Assembly: GCA_037137575.1 (NCBI GenBank) | Contig: JBAXKB010000006.1 | Location: forward strand, 1 to 55,417 | Reading direction: 5' to 3' | From: Actinomycetes bacterium | Lineage (GTDB): Bacteria; Actinomycetota; Actinomycetes; S36-B12; UBA5976 | DNA: 55,417 nt | Shown here: one piece after another, positions 27,927-39,155 of the stretch | Layout: every line of letters begins with the position of its first letter | Numbering within the stretch: the stretch's first letter is position 1 | Program-made: the position numbers and the translations under genes | Notes under the pieces: model-generated | What the model was told of the DNA's origin: nothing | What the model saw: the letters and a program-made list of their open reading frames with translations, nothing else | The model's database searches: none

Positions 27927-27998
27927 ACAGTTACTCTAAGCCCACACGCCCATAGTGGCGCCTGTTTGGGGATGTGGACCAGTTTGCTGTATCTTATA

Positions 27999-28019
27999 GA
28001 TGTATCATTTTGATACATC
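27999..28019. promoter_or_regulatory. Palindromic operator, probably the PadR site
   Basis: Perfect GATGTATCA-TTT-TGATACATC just upstream of padR. Confidence 0.65.
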
Positions 28020-28046
28020 ATAAAAGCATTATTTTAAGGAAATTCG

Positions 28047-28655
28047 ATGGCAAAGCGCTCAGCAGCACTAGAACTTGCTGTGCTTGGCGTCTTATCCGAA
28101 AATCCAGCTCATGGCTATGAACTACGCAAAAGATTAATTTCCGTCTTCGGACTTTTTAACTCAATTTCATTCGGGGCCCTGTATCCAACCCTCAAATCAT
28201 TAGTTGAACGTGGCTTTATCACTGAACAGGATGCAAATCCTGATAGCCCATATCGCAAACGTACCCGCATTGTTTACGCACTCACTGGCGCAGGTCAGAG
28301 TCAACTAAGTGAACTAGTTGCCGACAACGGGCCTGGCGCTTGGGACGATGAACTATTCGCCATTCGGATGTCGCTATTTAGCCAAACAGAAAGCGGCACC
28401 CGTATTCACATTTTACAAGGTCGCAGAAGCCGAATTGAAGAACGCTTAGATCAACTGCAACAAAACTTAGTCAAGGGACGTGAACGCCTTGATAGATACA
28501 CCTTGGAATTACAACAACACGGGCTTGACGCGTTAGAGCGTGAAGTGCGCTGGCTCAACGAACTAATCGCTCGTGAAGAAGCCAGCGCCCAAGAAACTTC
28601 TCGGGGTAACTCGAGTAAGAAAATAGCAACCGCAAGAACCATCACTGAAAGTTAA
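28047..28655 (+). CDS. PadR-family transcriptional regulator (Rv0047c-like)
   Basis: LGVL...HGYEL...[13 protein letters not shown] and position upstream of ino1. Confidence 0.92.
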   Translation: MAKRSAALELAVLGVLSENPAHGYELRKRLISVFGLFNSISFGALYPTLKSLVERGFITEQDANPDSPYRKRTRIVYALTGAGQSQLSELVADNGPGAWDDELFAIRMSLFSQTESGTRIHILQGRRSRIEERLDQLQQNLVKGRERLDRYTLELQQHGLDALEREVRWLNELIAREEASAQETSRGNSSKKIATARTITES

Positions 28656-28668
28656 GGAGACTAATCCA

Positions 28669-29742
28669 GTGAATACAGTAAAAGTAGCAATCGTAGGCGT
28701 AGGAAACTGCGCCTCATCATTAGTGCAAGGTGTCGAGTATTACAAAGATGCTGACCCTAAAGCACAAGTGCCAGGACTCATGCATGTGCAGTTCGGTCCG
28801 TACCACATCAGCGACGTTAAGTTCGTTGCTGCATTTGATGTGGACGCAAAAAAAGTTGGCCAGGATCTTGCTTCAGCAATCCACGCCAGCGAAAACAACA
28901 CCATCAAATTTGCTGATGTTCCGCCAAGTGGCATAACAGTTCAGCGTGGTGTGACCCTAGATGGTCTGGGCAAGTACTACAAGGAAATGGTCGTTGAATC
29001 CGACGAAACTCCGGTAGATGTTGTTGCAGCGCTGAAAGATTCTGGCGCCGATGTATTGGTTTGTTACTTGCCAGTTGGTTCAGAAGCTGCAGCAAAATTC
29101 TATGCACAATGCGCCATTGATGCCGGAGTTGCATTCGTAAACGCACTTCCAGTATTCATCGCCAGCACAAAAGAGTGGGCAGATAAGTTCACTGCAGCTG
29201 GCGTACCAATCGTTGGTGACGACATCAAGAGTCAGGTGGGCGCCACTATTACGCACCGTGTCTTGGCAAAACTTTTTGAAGACCGTGGTGTGATTGTTGA
29301 TCGTACTTACCAGCTAAACGTTGGCGGAAACATGGACTTCATGAACATGCTTGAGCGTGAACGCCTTGAATCTAAGAAAATTTCAAAGACCCAGTCGGTT
29401 ACCTCCCAGTTGTCACATGACATTGGTGCTCGTAACGTTCACATTGGTCCAAGTGACTATGTTGCCTGGCTTGATGACCGCAAGTGGGCCTTTGTTCGTC
29501 TTGAAGGTCGCGCATTTGGCGATGTGCCACTTAGCCTTGAGTACAAACTTGAAGTTTGGGATTCGCCAAACTCTGCAGGTGTAATCATCGACGCTATCCG
29601 CGCAGCAAAGATTGCTTTGGATCGTGGCATCGGTGGGCCAATCTTGTCAGCATCAAGCTACTTCATGAAGAGCCCCCCAGTTCAGTACGACGACACCAAG
29701 TGCCGTCTTGAAGTTGAAGCTTTCATTAACGGCGAAGCATAA
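28669..29742 (+). CDS. ino1: Inositol-3-phosphate synthase
   Basis: [34 protein letters not shown] and WDSPNSAG. Confidence 0.97.
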   Translation: MNTVKVAIVGVGNCASSLVQGVEYYKDADPKAQVPGLMHVQFGPYHISDVKFVAAFDVDAKKVGQDLASAIHASENNTIKFADVPPSGITVQRGVTLDGLGKYYKEMVVESDETPVDVVAALKDSGADVLVCYLPVGSEAAAKFYAQCAIDAGVAFVNALPVFIASTKEWADKFTAAGVPIVGDDIKSQVGATITHRVLAKLFEDRGVIVDRTYQLNVGGNMDFMNMLERERLESKKISKTQSVTSQLSHDIGARNVHIGPSDYVAWLDDRKWAFVRLEGRAFGDVPLSLEYKLEVWDSPNSAGVIIDAIRAAKIALDRGIGGPILSASSYFMKSPPVQYDDTKCRLEVEAFINGEA

Positions 29743-29761
29743 ATCTAGACTCTCCTTAACT

Positions 29762-29801
29762 TGTGAATGGGACTTAGCCTTCGGGCTGGGTCCCATTCAC
29801 A
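29762..29801 (+). terminator. Intrinsic terminator after ino1
   Basis: Long hairpin TGTGAATGGGAC...GTCCCATTCACA with a C(TTCG)G tetraloop, followed by TTTG. Confidence 0.8.
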
Positions 29802-29873
29802 TTTGCTCCCAAACTTTTAGCAATTCGGCAGTACGCTAAAAATGAAAACTACGAAGCTGGCGGCCACACAAAA

Positions 29874-31190
29874 ATGACTGAAGCGATTAAGCGGATTGCC
29901 CGCATTTTTCAAGTTCGCAACGCTCGGCTACTTCTAGCAGTTCGTATTTCCGGACAATCAGGGGACGGGCTGCTGCAAACGGCATTAACTTCATTTGTCC
30001 TTTTTTCACCCGAGCGCCAAAACAGTGCAACTGGCATTGCTGTCGCGTTCGCCATTTTGTTAGTGCCCTATTCAATAGTTGGTCCATTCGTCGGCGTATT
30101 TATTGATAGGTGCTCGCGCCAGCAAATCTTGCTTTGGTCGAATGTAATGCGCTGCGCTCTGATGCTGTCCATTTGTTTGGTCGTTTTAAACCATGGACAA
30201 AACGCCTTGCTTGCTGCATTAGTGCTCACTAGCTTGGGGGCTAACCGCTTTATCCAAGCGTGTTTGGCTGCAAGTGTTCCACACGTAGTAACCCGAGAAA
30301 ATTTAGTGACAGCAAATGCATTATTCCCAACTTTGGGTACAACTAGCGCAGCCATTGCCGCCGGTCTTGGCATCGGTGCACAAAATTTGTTTGGCAGTTC
30401 AGACAGAGCGAACTCGTTGTTGATTCTGATTGGCGCATTTTGCACGCTCGTAGCTAGTTACTTCGCTACCCGCATAAAGCCGAAAATGATATTGGGTCCA
30501 ACAGGAGCCTCGGCCAAGGTAAGTCACCACTTTAAAACTTCAATTCATGACCTCTACATTGGCTTGAGGACTCTGCGCGAATCAACAGGTGCGCGTAGAA
30601 GTATCTATGCTGCATCCCTGCAAAGATTTACTTTCGGTATAACTCTTATCTATGCGTTGATTCTTTCGCGCACCGCATGGAGTTCTGCTGGCAAAGTCAC
30701 AAACTCAATTTCAGACTTTGGTGCATGTGCAGGTAGCGCTGCCCTTGGCGCATTCGTGGCAGCGATGATAAGCGTGTTCTTGCTCTCTGAACCCAGCCAT
30801 GAGGGTCACCGCGTAATGCGACAAGCCCATTTACGCCGAGCCAGTATCATCGCCTGTTTGGCATGTCTGCCAGTTGTTGGGATTGCGTTCTCGATTGCCT
30901 CACTACTTTCAGTCTGTGTTGCCGCGTTTACGATCGCGTTCACCGGGCAGTTCCTAAAAATTAATGCGGATACCACAATTCAAGCAACCATTGATGATGC
31001 ACAACGCGGCCGAGTATTTTCTATTTTTGATATGTTGCTAAATGGCGCCTTGGTCTTGGGTATTTCTGCTTACGCACTTATCCCAGCTTTGCAACGGTAT
31101 TCCACGCTCAGTAGTTTGACGATTGCTGTCACATTTATCGGATGTACATTTTTAATTCGCGAGATAAAACCGGTAAATGCAAAGGCTTAA
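29874..31190 (+). CDS. MFS transporter
   Basis: About 12 hydrophobic helices, GVFIDRCSRQ motif A and RGRVFS. Confidence 0.88.
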   Translation: MTEAIKRIARIFQVRNARLLLAVRISGQSGDGLLQTALTSFVLFSPERQNSATGIAVAFAILLVPYSIVGPFVGVFIDRCSRQQILLWSNVMRCALMLSICLVVLNHGQNALLAALVLTSLGANRFIQACLAASVPHVVTRENLVTANALFPTLGTTSAAIAAGLGIGAQNLFGSSDRANSLLILIGAFCTLVASYFATRIKPKMILGPTGASAKVSHHFKTSIHDLYIGLRTLRESTGARRSIYAASLQRFTFGITLIYALILSRTAWSSAGKVTNSISDFGACAGSAALGAFVAAMISVFLLSEPSHEGHRVMRQAHLRRASIIACLACLPVVGIAFSIASLLSVCVAAFTIAFTGQFLKINADTTIQATIDDAQRGRVFSIFDMLLNGALVLGISAYALIPALQRYSTLSSLTIAVTFIGCTFLIREIKPVNAKA

Positions 31191-32626
31191 TTCTGTTGAT
31201 CTTGCCACCAGCTAAGTAGACGGGAAACAGCAACTTCGTAATCCAACGGCCCTTCGTCTAATCGGCAATTAAGTAGATAGTTGTACGCCTTACCAACTTG
31301 TGGTCCCGGTGAAATACCCAAAATCTCCATAATCTGCGCGCCATCCAAATCGGGCCGCATTGCCTGAAGTTCTTCTTGCTCAGATAGCACAGCAATGCGC
31401 TGTTCTAAATCGTCGTAGGTTGTGGCCAAAATTAATGCTCTGCGTTGGTTACGGGTTGTGCAATCAGCTCGAGTCAATTTATGCAAGCGCGCTAGTTGAT
31501 CACCTGCATCACGGACATACCTTCGCACTGCAGAATCAGTCCACTGACCTTGTCCATAACCATGGAAGCGCAAATGTAATTCAACTAATTTACAGACCGA
31601 ATCAATAACATCGTTTGGATACCGCAGCGCAGTTAATCGTTTGCGAGCAATTTTGGCTCCGACAACTTCATGATGATGAAAGCTAACGCCGCCGCCTGCT
31701 TCAAACTTTCGAGTTTTTGGTTTGCCGATGTCGTGTAAAAGCGCAGCGAGTCGCAAAATAAGATCTGGCTCGCAGGTTGGTTCGTGCGTTGTTTCTAAAT
31801 CTATGGCTTGCTCTAGGACTTGCAAGCTGTGCTCGTACACGTCTTTATGCCGATGGTGCTCATCGATCTCAAGTTGCAGGGCGGGTAATTCGGGCAAAAT
31901 ATAAGTTGCCAAATTGGTGCCCTCAAGGATTTCTAACCCCGCAGTTGGAAACTCTCCGAGTAGCAATTTAGAAAGTTCATCGCAAATGCGCTCCGCCGAA
32001 ACAATCTCTAGGCGAGCTGCCATGTCAGTGGCTGCAATTATCACGTCTGCTACCGGCGTGAAGCCCAACTGGCTGGCAAAGCGAGCAGCTCGCATCATGC
32101 GCAGTGGATCATCCGAGAAGGAAAGTTCGGCTTCTCGAGGAGTACGAATAAGTCGATGCAACAAATCACTAACCCCGCCGTGCAAGTCAATGAACTCAAG
32201 TTCAGGGATGCGCACTGCCATGGCGTTAATTGTGAAATCACGACGAACCAGATCGTCGGCTAGCGATTCACCGAAGGCAACTACTGGCTTGCGGCTGGTT
32301 TCGTCATACTTTTCCGATCGATATGTGGTGATTTCCGCCATGAATGAGCCGCGACGCACCCCAATCGTGCCAAACTCAATCCCGATATCCCAAACCGTAT
32401 CCGCCCAAGGGGTCAGAAACTCCAACATCTGATCTGGGGTTGCATTTGTGGTGAAATCTAAATCCTTGATTTTGCGGTTCAAAATGAGGTCGCGAACTGG
32501 CCCACCGACAAGAGCGCACTGGAAACCTGAACTAGCGAACAACTCACCTAGCGCCATCACGTCGGACATCTGGCCAAGCGCTTGGGTTACTACCGAAGTA
32601 GCTATTAGTTCGGGTGATTGATTCAT
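31187..32626 (-). CDS. cca: CCA tRNA nucleotidyltransferase (with HD domain)
   Basis: LVGGPVRD, DLDFTT, RRDFTINAMA, DDPLRMMR and LLHDIGK. Confidence 0.95.
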   Translation of the reverse strand: MNQSPELIATSVVTQALGQMSDVMALGELFASSGFQCALVGGPVRDLILNRKIKDLDFTTNATPDQMLEFLTPWADTVWDIGIEFGTIGVRRGSFMAEITTYRSEKYDETSRKPVVAFGESLADDLVRRDFTINAMAVRIPELEFIDLHGGVSDLLHRLIRTPREAELSFSDDPLRMMRAARFASQLGFTPVADVIIAATDMAARLEIVSAERICDELSKLLLGEFPTAGLEILEGTNLATYILPELPALQLEIDEHHRHKDVYEHSLQVLEQAIDLETTHEPTCEPDLILRLAALLHDIGKPKTRKFEAGGGVSFHHHEVVGAKIARKRLTALRYPNDVIDSVCKLVELHLRFHGYGQGQWTDSAVRRYVRDAGDQLARLHKLTRADCTTRNQRRALILATTYDDLEQRIAVLSEQEELQAMRPDLDGAQIMEILGISPGPQVGKAYNYLLNCRLDEGPLDYEVAVSRLLSWWQDQQN

Positions 32627-32690
32627 CGCGCTTCCTAGCCTAAATGTTGCGCGGGCAATGAGATGCATGCGCGCCAAGTATTCTTAAGGA

Positions 32691-34613
32691 GTGAGTGATT
32701 ATCAGATGAGACGCAAGGTGACATTGGTAATCCGTAACATGCTTTGCGCCACCTTTATTGCACTGTTGGGTGGTGTCTTCGCAATTCCAGCACAGGCGAT
32801 TAATGAAGACTTGACTATTAATTCAGTACAAGTAACTAAAAGCGCAGCTGGCAAAAAACACACTGTGCAAATTAGTGGAACATTTACTGCCGCAGTAGCA
32901 AGGCAGAAAACTCACTTAGATTTGGTGACTTTTGGTCCATTACAAACACGAAGCGAATTGGCACAAGTGCTGGCAGACCCGCATCTAAGCCAAGGAACAA
33001 GCCATCAAGATATTTCCGTGTTTCTTAAAGCACCTTCATCAACAAAACCAAATTCTTTTTCGATTAAATTTGATGGAGATAAAGCGCTAGGTTCACCAGT
33101 TGATGGCCTCTATGTATTTGGGCTAGTAAAGCGTGGATCAGCGTTACAGACCAATTATGTGCAACCGTGGTTTTACGAGTCCAAACAAATTAAAAAAACA
33201 AGGGTAGTTTTTCTAACTCAAATTTCAGTGCAGAATAAGCACCTGGCCGATGGAACTAGCGGAGCAATAAATAGTGATGCGCGCACTTTAGTGCGACTGA
33301 ACAACATCTTGGACCAAAAAACTAATGCAATTGATTTAGTAAAAGATCCAGCGGTTGATAACTGGTTAGCCGATTTGCAAAATACCGCGTTAAAGCCGCT
33401 TGTTACCGAAGTTAAGAAAAAACTCACGCAGGCAACTGCCAAAAGTGCGACACAAATTTTCAACCACACAGATTTACAATCGTTGTTTATAGATAGCCCT
33501 ACCGACATTTGGCCAATCCTTAGATTGAGTCAAACAAATTCAAAACAGCCAATTCTATATTTTCCAAAATACGGTCAAATTAATTCCCAAACATCAGTCC
33601 AACTAGCCAATGTTGGCAACGTAACTCCAGTGCTCTCTAACACTTTTGTTAGTGGCGACCCATACCAAACAACTAATGCCGTTGCTATCGTGAACAATAA
33701 GGCGAGTCTCATTTATGATGCCGGCATTTCCCGCTGCTTAACAATTCGAGAATCCGTGCGAGCCATTGAATGCGTTAGCGCAAACGTTGCAATGATCACT
33801 GCCGAGTCTCCGTACCAAAGCCGCACGGTCGCAGTGGTAAGCCCACCATTTTGGAATGTCCAACCAGGTGAGTTATCAGCAATCACCCGAGGTCTAAGTA
33901 ACAATGATTGGTCTGAACTTGTAACTGTCAAAACCGCGCTTAGCCTCGAAACCGACCCAGCCATTTTTAACCTCGACGGCGCTATAAAACAATTCCCTGC
34001 TGGGCTAGTAACTAGTGGAAATCGGTTAACCCGCCTTGCAGATGAATTAGGCATTGCCATTAAAGCTGATGGTTTCGCTTCTGGATTTGAAATGGTTCGG
34101 CTACGAAGTTTCTCAGATCAGTTCCCTAAGGCACAAAGCGCGAAATATTTTGTAAGAGAAAATCAAGCCCTACTGGAACGAATCCGTTCAAGTATCACTA
34201 TTCAAACATCTCATCGAATTACGGTTGCCAGCGCTAGCACCGATATTCCGCTTACTATTTCAAACAAGTCTGGCTACGCAATTCAAGTAAGAGCCAGTGT
34301 TACTAGTCCGGCTACGAGCCGCTTCACTTCAGTTCCAAGTGAACTAATTACCGTGCCAACAGGTACACGCGTTACGGTTCCGGTGAAAATCAACTTCAAA
34401 GGCACTGGAAGTATAAATGTCAAAATCAGACTCACGAATGCCAAGAATGAAGACCTGGGCATAACCCAAGACATTTGGGTGGCTTCCTCTAGCTATCAGT
34501 CAGTGGCTCGTACTCTGGTATGGGGAGCATGTGGGCTTTTGGTGCTAATTGCCATTGTGAACGCCGCTCGAAAACGCCGCGGTGGGCCGGACAAGAACTC
34601 CGTGGAAATTTGA
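32691..34613 (+). CDS. DUF6049-type secreted/membrane-anchored protein upstream of murJ
   Basis: Signal peptide, C-terminal Ig-like region (IPLTISN) and TM helix followed by RKRR. Conserved position between cca and murJ. Start may be 32706. Confidence 0.78.
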   Translation: MSDYQMRRKVTLVIRNMLCATFIALLGGVFAIPAQAINEDLTINSVQVTKSAAGKKHTVQISGTFTAAVARQKTHLDLVTFGPLQTRSELAQVLADPHLSQGTSHQDISVFLKAPSSTKPNSFSIKFDGDKALGSPVDGLYVFGLVKRGSALQTNYVQPWFYESKQIKKTRVVFLTQISVQNKHLADGTSGAINSDARTLVRLNNILDQKTNAIDLVKDPAVDNWLADLQNTALKPLVTEVKKKLTQATAKSATQIFNHTDLQSLFIDSPTDIWPILRLSQTNSKQPILYFPKYGQINSQTSVQLANVGNVTPVLSNTFVSGDPYQTTNAVAIVNNKASLIYDAGISRCLTIRESVRAIECVSANVAMITAESPYQSRTVAVVSPPFWNVQPGELSAITRGLSNNDWSELVTVKTALSLETDPAIFNLDGAIKQFPAGLVTSGNRLTRLADELGIAIKADGFASGFEMVRLRSFSDQFPKAQSAKYFVRENQALLERIRSSITIQTSHRITVASASTDIPLTISNKSGYAIQVRASVTSPATSRFTSVPSELITVPTGTRVTVPVKINFKGTGSINVKIRLTNAKNEDLGITQDIWVASSSYQSVARTLVWGACGLLVLIAIVNAARKRRGGPDKNSVEI

Positions 34614-34641
34614 AATTAACCAGCGAATCGAAGGTGACTAA

Positions 34642-36261
34642 ATGGCCTTAGGCCTAGGTAACACTTCCGGAATGGCTCTTGGAACTTTGCTGAGCCGGGT
34701 AACTGGTGTCGGGCGCGACATCGCACTAGTTGCTGCAATTGGTACCGGGGTATTTTCCGATACCTATTCGGTGGCCAATAGTCTGCCAAACATTATCTAT
34801 ATCTTGATTGCTGGCGGCGCAATTAATGCGGTATTTATTCCAGCTCTTGTTCGCCACATGAAAGAAGACGCAGATAACGGCAAGGTCTTCACGGATCGCT
34901 TGCTTACCTTGGTCGGCGTCATACTAATCGCGATTGTGGCGATTGCCTTGAGTTGTGCTGCCTTGATTGTGCACATGTACGCAACGAGTAGTTGGACTGG
35001 CCAAGATTTCCACGTAGCAATCGTCTTCGCGCTCTGGTGCATTCCACAAATCATTTTTTATGGAATTTATGCTCTGGAATCGCAAATACTTAACGCGCGA
35101 AATGTTTTCAAACTGCCAATGTTTGCGCCCATTGCAAACAACGTCGTCGTGATTACTAGTGCGCTGTTCTTCCTAGCGCTAACTCATTTAACTCCTACAA
35201 CACAAAGTGTGACCAGTGGTCAATTGACACTACTTGGAGCTGGAACCACTTTGGGTGTAATAGTGCAAGCAGGAATTCTATTTCCGGCACTGCGTAAAAG
35301 CGGGTACACATTCACACCTAGATTTGACTTTCGAAATTCAGGTTTAGGAAAATTGGGCGACCTAGCCATTTGGACCATTGGGTTTGTCTTTGTAAACCAG
35401 GTTTCATTTTTGATCATCTCAAAACTTACGACCTACGCAAACGTAGTTGCTGTTCAGAATGCCCAAGTTGCAATGGGGTTCACTTCTTACCAGAAAGGGC
35501 AGCTCATGATGATGCTGCCACATTCAATAATTACCGTCTCCATTATCACCGCGCTGCTGCCGCGACTAAGCAATCATTCGCAATCCAAAAACCTTTCAGC
35601 ATTTGCCCAAGAGCTCAGCATCGCACTACGCAATGTAATTACCTACGTCATTCCCTGCGCGGCAGTTTTGTACTTCATGGGCAGTCAAATTGGGGTCATT
35701 CTTTACGGCCATGGCGCAGCAAGCCACGATCAAGGCGCGGCAGTTGGTTACATCTCAAGCATGTTTGCCATCGGCTTACCTGCATTTTCTATTTTTTACG
35801 TTTTACTTCGTACCTACTACGCGCAGGAAAATACTAAAACGCCATTCATGTTTAATCTCGGCTTCAACGCATTGCACATGAGTATCGGCCTAGTTCTCTA
35901 TTTCACAGTTAGTGATAACTACAAAGTGCCAAGTTTGGCGCTGGCATATTCCATTGCATACATCTTCATTTGCGCGATTACTTGGAATCGAGTGACCCGA
36001 AGGCTGCCAGAAATTCCAACAAAAGCCCTGGTGCAATTGTTGGCCAGAGTTTTGGTAGCCGTGTTGCTTTCTGGACTTGTTGCTTGGAGCGCAGCAACTC
36101 ATATATTTGCAAGCAACTCAACTGCGGATGCGCTAAAGCAAATTGCGCTATTTACCACTATTCTTGCGATAGGTTATGTGTCACTAGCCAAAATTATGCG
36201 GATTAACGAAGTCACTTCCGTGGTTAGCCAAATTATGAGAAGAACTTCTAGCAAGGACTAA
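34642..36261 (+). CDS. murJ: Lipid II flippase MurJ/MviN
   Basis: GTLLSRVTGVGRD, ANSLPN, GGAINAVFIP and many TM helices. Confidence 0.95.
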   Translation: MALGLGNTSGMALGTLLSRVTGVGRDIALVAAIGTGVFSDTYSVANSLPNIIYILIAGGAINAVFIPALVRHMKEDADNGKVFTDRLLTLVGVILIAIVAIALSCAALIVHMYATSSWTGQDFHVAIVFALWCIPQIIFYGIYALESQILNARNVFKLPMFAPIANNVVVITSALFFLALTHLTPTTQSVTSGQLTLLGAGTTLGVIVQAGILFPALRKSGYTFTPRFDFRNSGLGKLGDLAIWTIGFVFVNQVSFLIISKLTTYANVVAVQNAQVAMGFTSYQKGQLMMMLPHSIITVSIITALLPRLSNHSQSKNLSAFAQELSIALRNVITYVIPCAAVLYFMGSQIGVILYGHGAASHDQGAAVGYISSMFAIGLPAFSIFYVLLRTYYAQENTKTPFMFNLGFNALHMSIGLVLYFTVSDNYKVPSLALAYSIAYIFICAITWNRVTRRLPEIPTKALVQLLARVLVAVLLSGLVAWSAATHIFASNSTADALKQIALFTTILAIGYVSLAKIMRINEVTSVVSQIMRRTSSKD

Positions 36262-36263
36262 GG

Positions 36264-37751
36264 ATGGCCACGCGTACTTTTACCGAACGCTACTCCTTAG
36301 ATGTTCAAATTAACTCCAGTCACAACGCGGTACTTTGGCGAGCCATCGATAACTCACTAAATCGAGTTGTTTGCATCGTGCTACTTCCACATGCTGATCC
36401 GCGAGCGCAAAACTTACTGGCACATGCAAAAGCGGCGGCGGTAAATAGCAGTCGCAATGCCGTAGCTATCTTGGATATTGTCGAGCGTGATTTTGTGACT
36501 GGCGTGCGGGCAATAGAAGACACTGAACCGTATTTAGGTGTTGTAACCGAATGGGTTGATGGCCAAACCATTGACCATATTCTTAGCAAGAACCTAGAGC
36601 CCTTTTCTGTTAAAGAAGCACTGCGCATATTTGCGCAAGCAACAACTGCAGTCGGCGCGATGCACGAACTCGGTCTTGTACATGGACGCCTTCGGCCTAG
36701 AAATGTTTATCTAAACGATGCGCAAGAAATTCGGGTAACTGGATTTGGCATTGATGGCGCATTATTCACAGCCGATGGAAATACGAAATCGAGCGACATC
36801 GCTGGACTTGGTGATCTGCTTTTCGCTATGGTCACAGCGTCTTGGCCATCTGGTCCGGTAGGTGGGTTACCCGCAGCGGAAATTCTCGATAACAAGACTC
36901 TGACATTGCCTAGCCAACAACGCGTTGGTGTGGGCGAAGCAATTGACCAGCTTTATGAAAAAACTCAAGACGGAACATTCAAAACTGTTGACGAATTGCT
37001 TCACGAAATCTCGATCACGAATGCTTCAACGATGGCCGACTTACAAGCTGCCGTAAATAGATGGACTGCCCATGAAGTCACCTGGCATGGCAAAGATATC
37101 CCAAAATCAAAGCGCTTACGCACCATTATTTTGGCCATGGCCATCACTTATCTGTTTGGCTGGGCAGGCTGGCAGCTAATGACCCATAACTTCCACAACG
37201 CGCCAGCAAGTCTGCCCTCGAATCCGGCCCAGACAAATTCGGCAACTGCATCCAGTAGCCCGAGCAGCTCGATCTCGCCATCGCCAACAATTTCCTCAGA
37301 TTCTTGGCCAACTCGCTATGCGACACCGGTATCAGCGACTAGTTACGATCCTTACGGTGACGGACAAGAAAATTCTGACTTGGCCAAACTTGCAATCGAT
37401 GGCTTGCCAAAGACCGCTTGGGTAACTACTACTTACTACTCAAATACCTTGGGCAAAAAAGCTGGTGTTGGTTTACTCATTGATTTGGGCGAAACTACAA
37501 AAGTTGCCCACGTGGATGTTACTTTCACTTCCCCGGCTCATGGGGCAAGTGTCTTTATAACTGATTCGCCTACTCCCGATTTGGCTAGCGCTCAAGTGTT
37601 AGGAACAGTTAGCAACTCCAACAAAACCGAAACCTTTAACCCAGAAACTCCACAAAATGGGCGATACCTTTTGATTTGGTTGACGAAGTTGGCGCGCAAT
37701 GAATTTGGTAACTACGTCGGCGGAATAGCGGAAGTAAAAGTCGGGTTGTAA
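36264..37751 (+). CDS. Membrane pseudokinase (homologue of the MviN C-terminal kinase-like module) with extracellular discoidin-like domain
   Basis: Kinase fold with degenerate motifs (HGRLRPRNV, TGFG), a TM helix, a Ser/Pro linker and YDPYGDGQEN..AIDG..TAW..GVGLLIDLG..RYLLIWLT. Confidence 0.82.
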   Translation: MATRTFTERYSLDVQINSSHNAVLWRAIDNSLNRVVCIVLLPHADPRAQNLLAHAKAAAVNSSRNAVAILDIVERDFVTGVRAIEDTEPYLGVVTEWVDGQTIDHILSKNLEPFSVKEALRIFAQATTAVGAMHELGLVHGRLRPRNVYLNDAQEIRVTGFGIDGALFTADGNTKSSDIAGLGDLLFAMVTASWPSGPVGGLPAAEILDNKTLTLPSQQRVGVGEAIDQLYEKTQDGTFKTVDELLHEISITNASTMADLQAAVNRWTAHEVTWHGKDIPKSKRLRTIILAMAITYLFGWAGWQLMTHNFHNAPASLPSNPAQTNSATASSSPSSSISPSPTISSDSWPTRYATPVSATSYDPYGDGQENSDLAKLAIDGLPKTAWVTTTYYSNTLGKKAGVGLLIDLGETTKVAHVDVTFTSPAHGASVFITDSPTPDLASAQVLGTVSNSNKTETFNPETPQNGRYLLIWLTKLARNEFGNYVGGIAEVKVGL

Positions 37752-37832
37752 CTCATACACCACCTGAATTGCGCAATTGGCATCTGCGTAAACTAAAGAA
37801 CACCAAATGTACCCGCAAGCAAAGGACCAAAC

Positions 37833-38768
37833 ATGACTAATGAAGTCGCTGAACTAATCATTATTGGATCAGGTCCATCTGGCTATACCGCCGCCATTTA
37901 TGCTGCTCGCGCACAATTAAACCCAATTGTGTTTGAAGGCGCTGTCACTGCTGGTGGCGCGCTGATGAACACTACTGAAGTTGAGAACTTCCCAGGTTTC
38001 ACCGAAGGAATTATGGGTCCAGCGCTTATGGAAAACATGCGCGCCCAGGCCGAACGATTTGGCGCAAAATTTATTACTGACGATGTCACTATCGCTGAGC
38101 TAACAGGCGAGATAAAGACAGTTACTGACAGCTCAGGCAAGCAGTACCAAAGCCACTCAATTGTTCTAGCTATGGGTTCGAGTTATCGCGAACTGGGTTT
38201 GCCAAACGAAAAAGCATTATCCGGCCATGGTGTCTCTTGGTGCGCAACTTGCGACGGTTTCTTTTTCCGCGGGCAAGACATCGCTGTTGTTGGTGGCGGC
38301 GACTCAGCAATTGAAGAAGCTACATTCCTTACCCGCTTTGCTGACAGTGTTACTTTGATTCATCGCCGCGGTGAACTTCGCGCCAGCAAAATCATGGCCG
38401 AACGCGCACATAACGATCCCAAGATCAAATTTGCCTGGAATAGCGAAGTGGCCGAAATTCATGGTGAAGGCAAACTAACTGGTGTTACCTTGCGTGATAC
38501 CAATACCGGCGAGACTTCAGAGCTGGCTATTACCGGGCTCTTTGTGGCAATCGGCCATGATCCACGATCTGAGTTAGTTAAAGGCCAAATTGACCTAGAC
38601 GGCGAAGGTTACGTGCTAACCGTGCCTGGCTCTACTGCTACCAACCTCTCCGGCGTATTTGCAGCTGGAGATTTGGTTGACCATACTTATCGTCAGGCAA
38701 TCACTGCTGCTGGCTCTGGCTGCGCTGCAGCCCTTGATGCTGAACGCTTCTTGGCGCATAAAGGCTAA
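37833..38768 (+). CDS. trxB: Thioredoxin reductase
   Basis: IGSGPSG, CATCDG, VGGGDSA and FAAGD. Confidence 0.98.
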   Translation: MTNEVAELIIIGSGPSGYTAAIYAARAQLNPIVFEGAVTAGGALMNTTEVENFPGFTEGIMGPALMENMRAQAERFGAKFITDDVTIAELTGEIKTVTDSSGKQYQSHSIVLAMGSSYRELGLPNEKALSGHGVSWCATCDGFFFRGQDIAVVGGGDSAIEEATFLTRFADSVTLIHRRGELRASKIMAERAHNDPKIKFAWNSEVAEIHGEGKLTGVTLRDTNTGETSELAITGLFVAIGHDPRSELVKGQIDLDGEGYVLTVPGSTATNLSGVFAAGDLVDHTYRQAITAAGSGCAAALDAERFLAHKG

Positions 38769-38824
38769 AAAACTTTCAACACTCTATGCTTGAAGCAGCA
38801 TGAGCAATCATTAAGGAGAAAATA

Positions 38825-39148
38825 ATGGGCGCAACAGTAGAAGTAACCGACGCGACTTTTGCCGATACGGTTTTAACTAATAGCAAGCCTGTGCTTGTTG
38901 ACTTTTGGGCAACTTGGTGCGGTCCTTGCAAACAGGTTGCTCCCATCCTTGAAGAGCTTGCTGGTGAGTTGTCGGACAAATTGGTAATTGCCAAAATTGA
39001 CGTTGATCAGAATCCAGCGATTGCTGCGAACAGTGGAATCACTTCAATTCCAACATTGAATCTTTACAAGGATGGCCAGTTAGTTAAGCAAATTATTGGC
39101 GCTAAGCCAAAAGCTACTTTGCTTGCTGAATTGGCTGAATACCTTTAA
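38825..39148 (+). CDS. trxA: Thioredoxin
   Basis: WATWCGPCK. Confidence 0.98.
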   Translation: MGATVEVTDATFADTVLTNSKPVLVDFWATWCGPCKQVAPILEELAGELSDKLVIAKIDVDQNPAIAANSGITSIPTLNLYKDGQLVKQIIGAKPKATLLAELAEYL

Positions 39149-39155
39149 GTAATTC

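Noticed and set aside
36264-37751. Active Ser/Thr kinase call
   Set aside because: The catalytic HRD and DFG aspartates are replaced, so it is treated as a pseudokinase.
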